In this document: one piece after another, positions 63,502 through 64,000 of the stretch
Numbering within the stretch: position 1 is the stretch's first letter
Layout of the letters: each line of letters begins with the position of its first letter
DNA from: Neoechinorhynchus agilis
Lineage: Eukaryota > Animalia > Acanthocephala
Assembly: GCA_051530055.1 (NCBI GenBank)
Contig: CM121341.1
Span: forward strand, 2,322,638-2,386,637
Reading direction: 5' to 3'
DNA length: 64,000 nucleotides
The notes under the pieces: generated by a model
Told to the model about the DNA's origin: nothing
The model's input: the letters and a program-made list of their open reading frames with translations, nothing else
The model's database searches: none
Translations under genes and position numbers: made by a program

Positions 63502-64000
63502 ATGAGCTTGTACGAAGGTCTTCTTGATGACCCGGAAATCACCAAACCTTTATCGATCGCCACAACCACACCCTCTACAGTCCAGCCATCTGCACCCCCT
63601 TCCATCAAAAAACCTCAATTTCAACCGGACACTCAATCTATACAAATGCTGAGGACCCAACTCCGTGCTCGGAACAGGGTAAATAGGTCTGTCTTCGGCG
63701 GTGGTCTTGGGTGTTTGCTTTATATACTTGTACCCCGGATCCGAAATACTGCTGCCCTCGTACTACAGCCAGCGTGCCACAGTTGTCCGAGCTCCTCCTG
63801 TAGTGGATTTTGGTCGAAAACGACAAGGACTATCCGATTATATTCTTGCACCCAAAACTTCAATGCACAAACAGTCATCACAACAACACAACTGGATAAT
63901 TCCTGGAAATTTTGACGGGATGCAGAATGTATTTCAACCGATGATCCCAAACGAGTACGATCCACTCGTACCAAATGACTATGATGCACTTAAGAAAGCT
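63502..64000 (+). CDS. RBM17: Splicing factor 45 (5' part; runs off the window), one GC-rich intron near 63675-63772
   Basis: MSLYEGL, IQMLRTQL; after the intron APPVVDFGR and NEYDPLVPNDYDAL. Confidence 0.88.

Noticed and set aside
30429-64000. Clustering of splicing-factor genes (SPF30, CLASRP, SPF45) as a functional island
   Set aside because: Three among about 20 genes, spread over 33 kb with unrelated neighbours; not distinguishable from chance here.

Overview
Eukaryotic, animal-like genomic DNA (gene content and TOM20/glycogenin motifs suggest a fast-evolving metazoan; the taxon cannot be fixed from this window). It holds about 20 protein genes: CNOT1, a glycogenin-like gene, eIF2A, RER1, an NDR kinase, SMNDC1/SPF30, CLASRP, MRPL47, an SLC44 transporter, a tetraspanin, ferritin, a calmodulin-like gene, TOM20, RBM17/SPF45 and several unknowns. 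These are interleaved with relics of CRE-clade, CR1/L2-like, Penelope-like and gypsy retroelements, six tandem-repeat arrays, a tRNA-headed SINE-like family and five minimal hammerhead ribozyme motifs. Most introns are ordinary short AT-rich GT-AG introns. The main observation is a second class of intervening sequence in conserved genes (eIF2A, SLC44, SPF30, NDR kinase; weaker cases in CNOT1 and SPF45). Their ends base-pair, several are flanked by short direct repeats, and the conserved protein is best restored by removal at non-GT-AG boundaries. This suggests a non-canonical, structure-defined intron system; that is an inference and needs transcript data. Other points: many start codons sit directly behind a splice acceptor (possible SL trans-splicing and operons), the glycogenin lacks its catalytic DxD motif, the SPF30 promoter is tandemly amplified, and an inverted copy of the SPF45 3' half lies nearby. 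All alignments were made by eye against remembered sequences; no searches were run.
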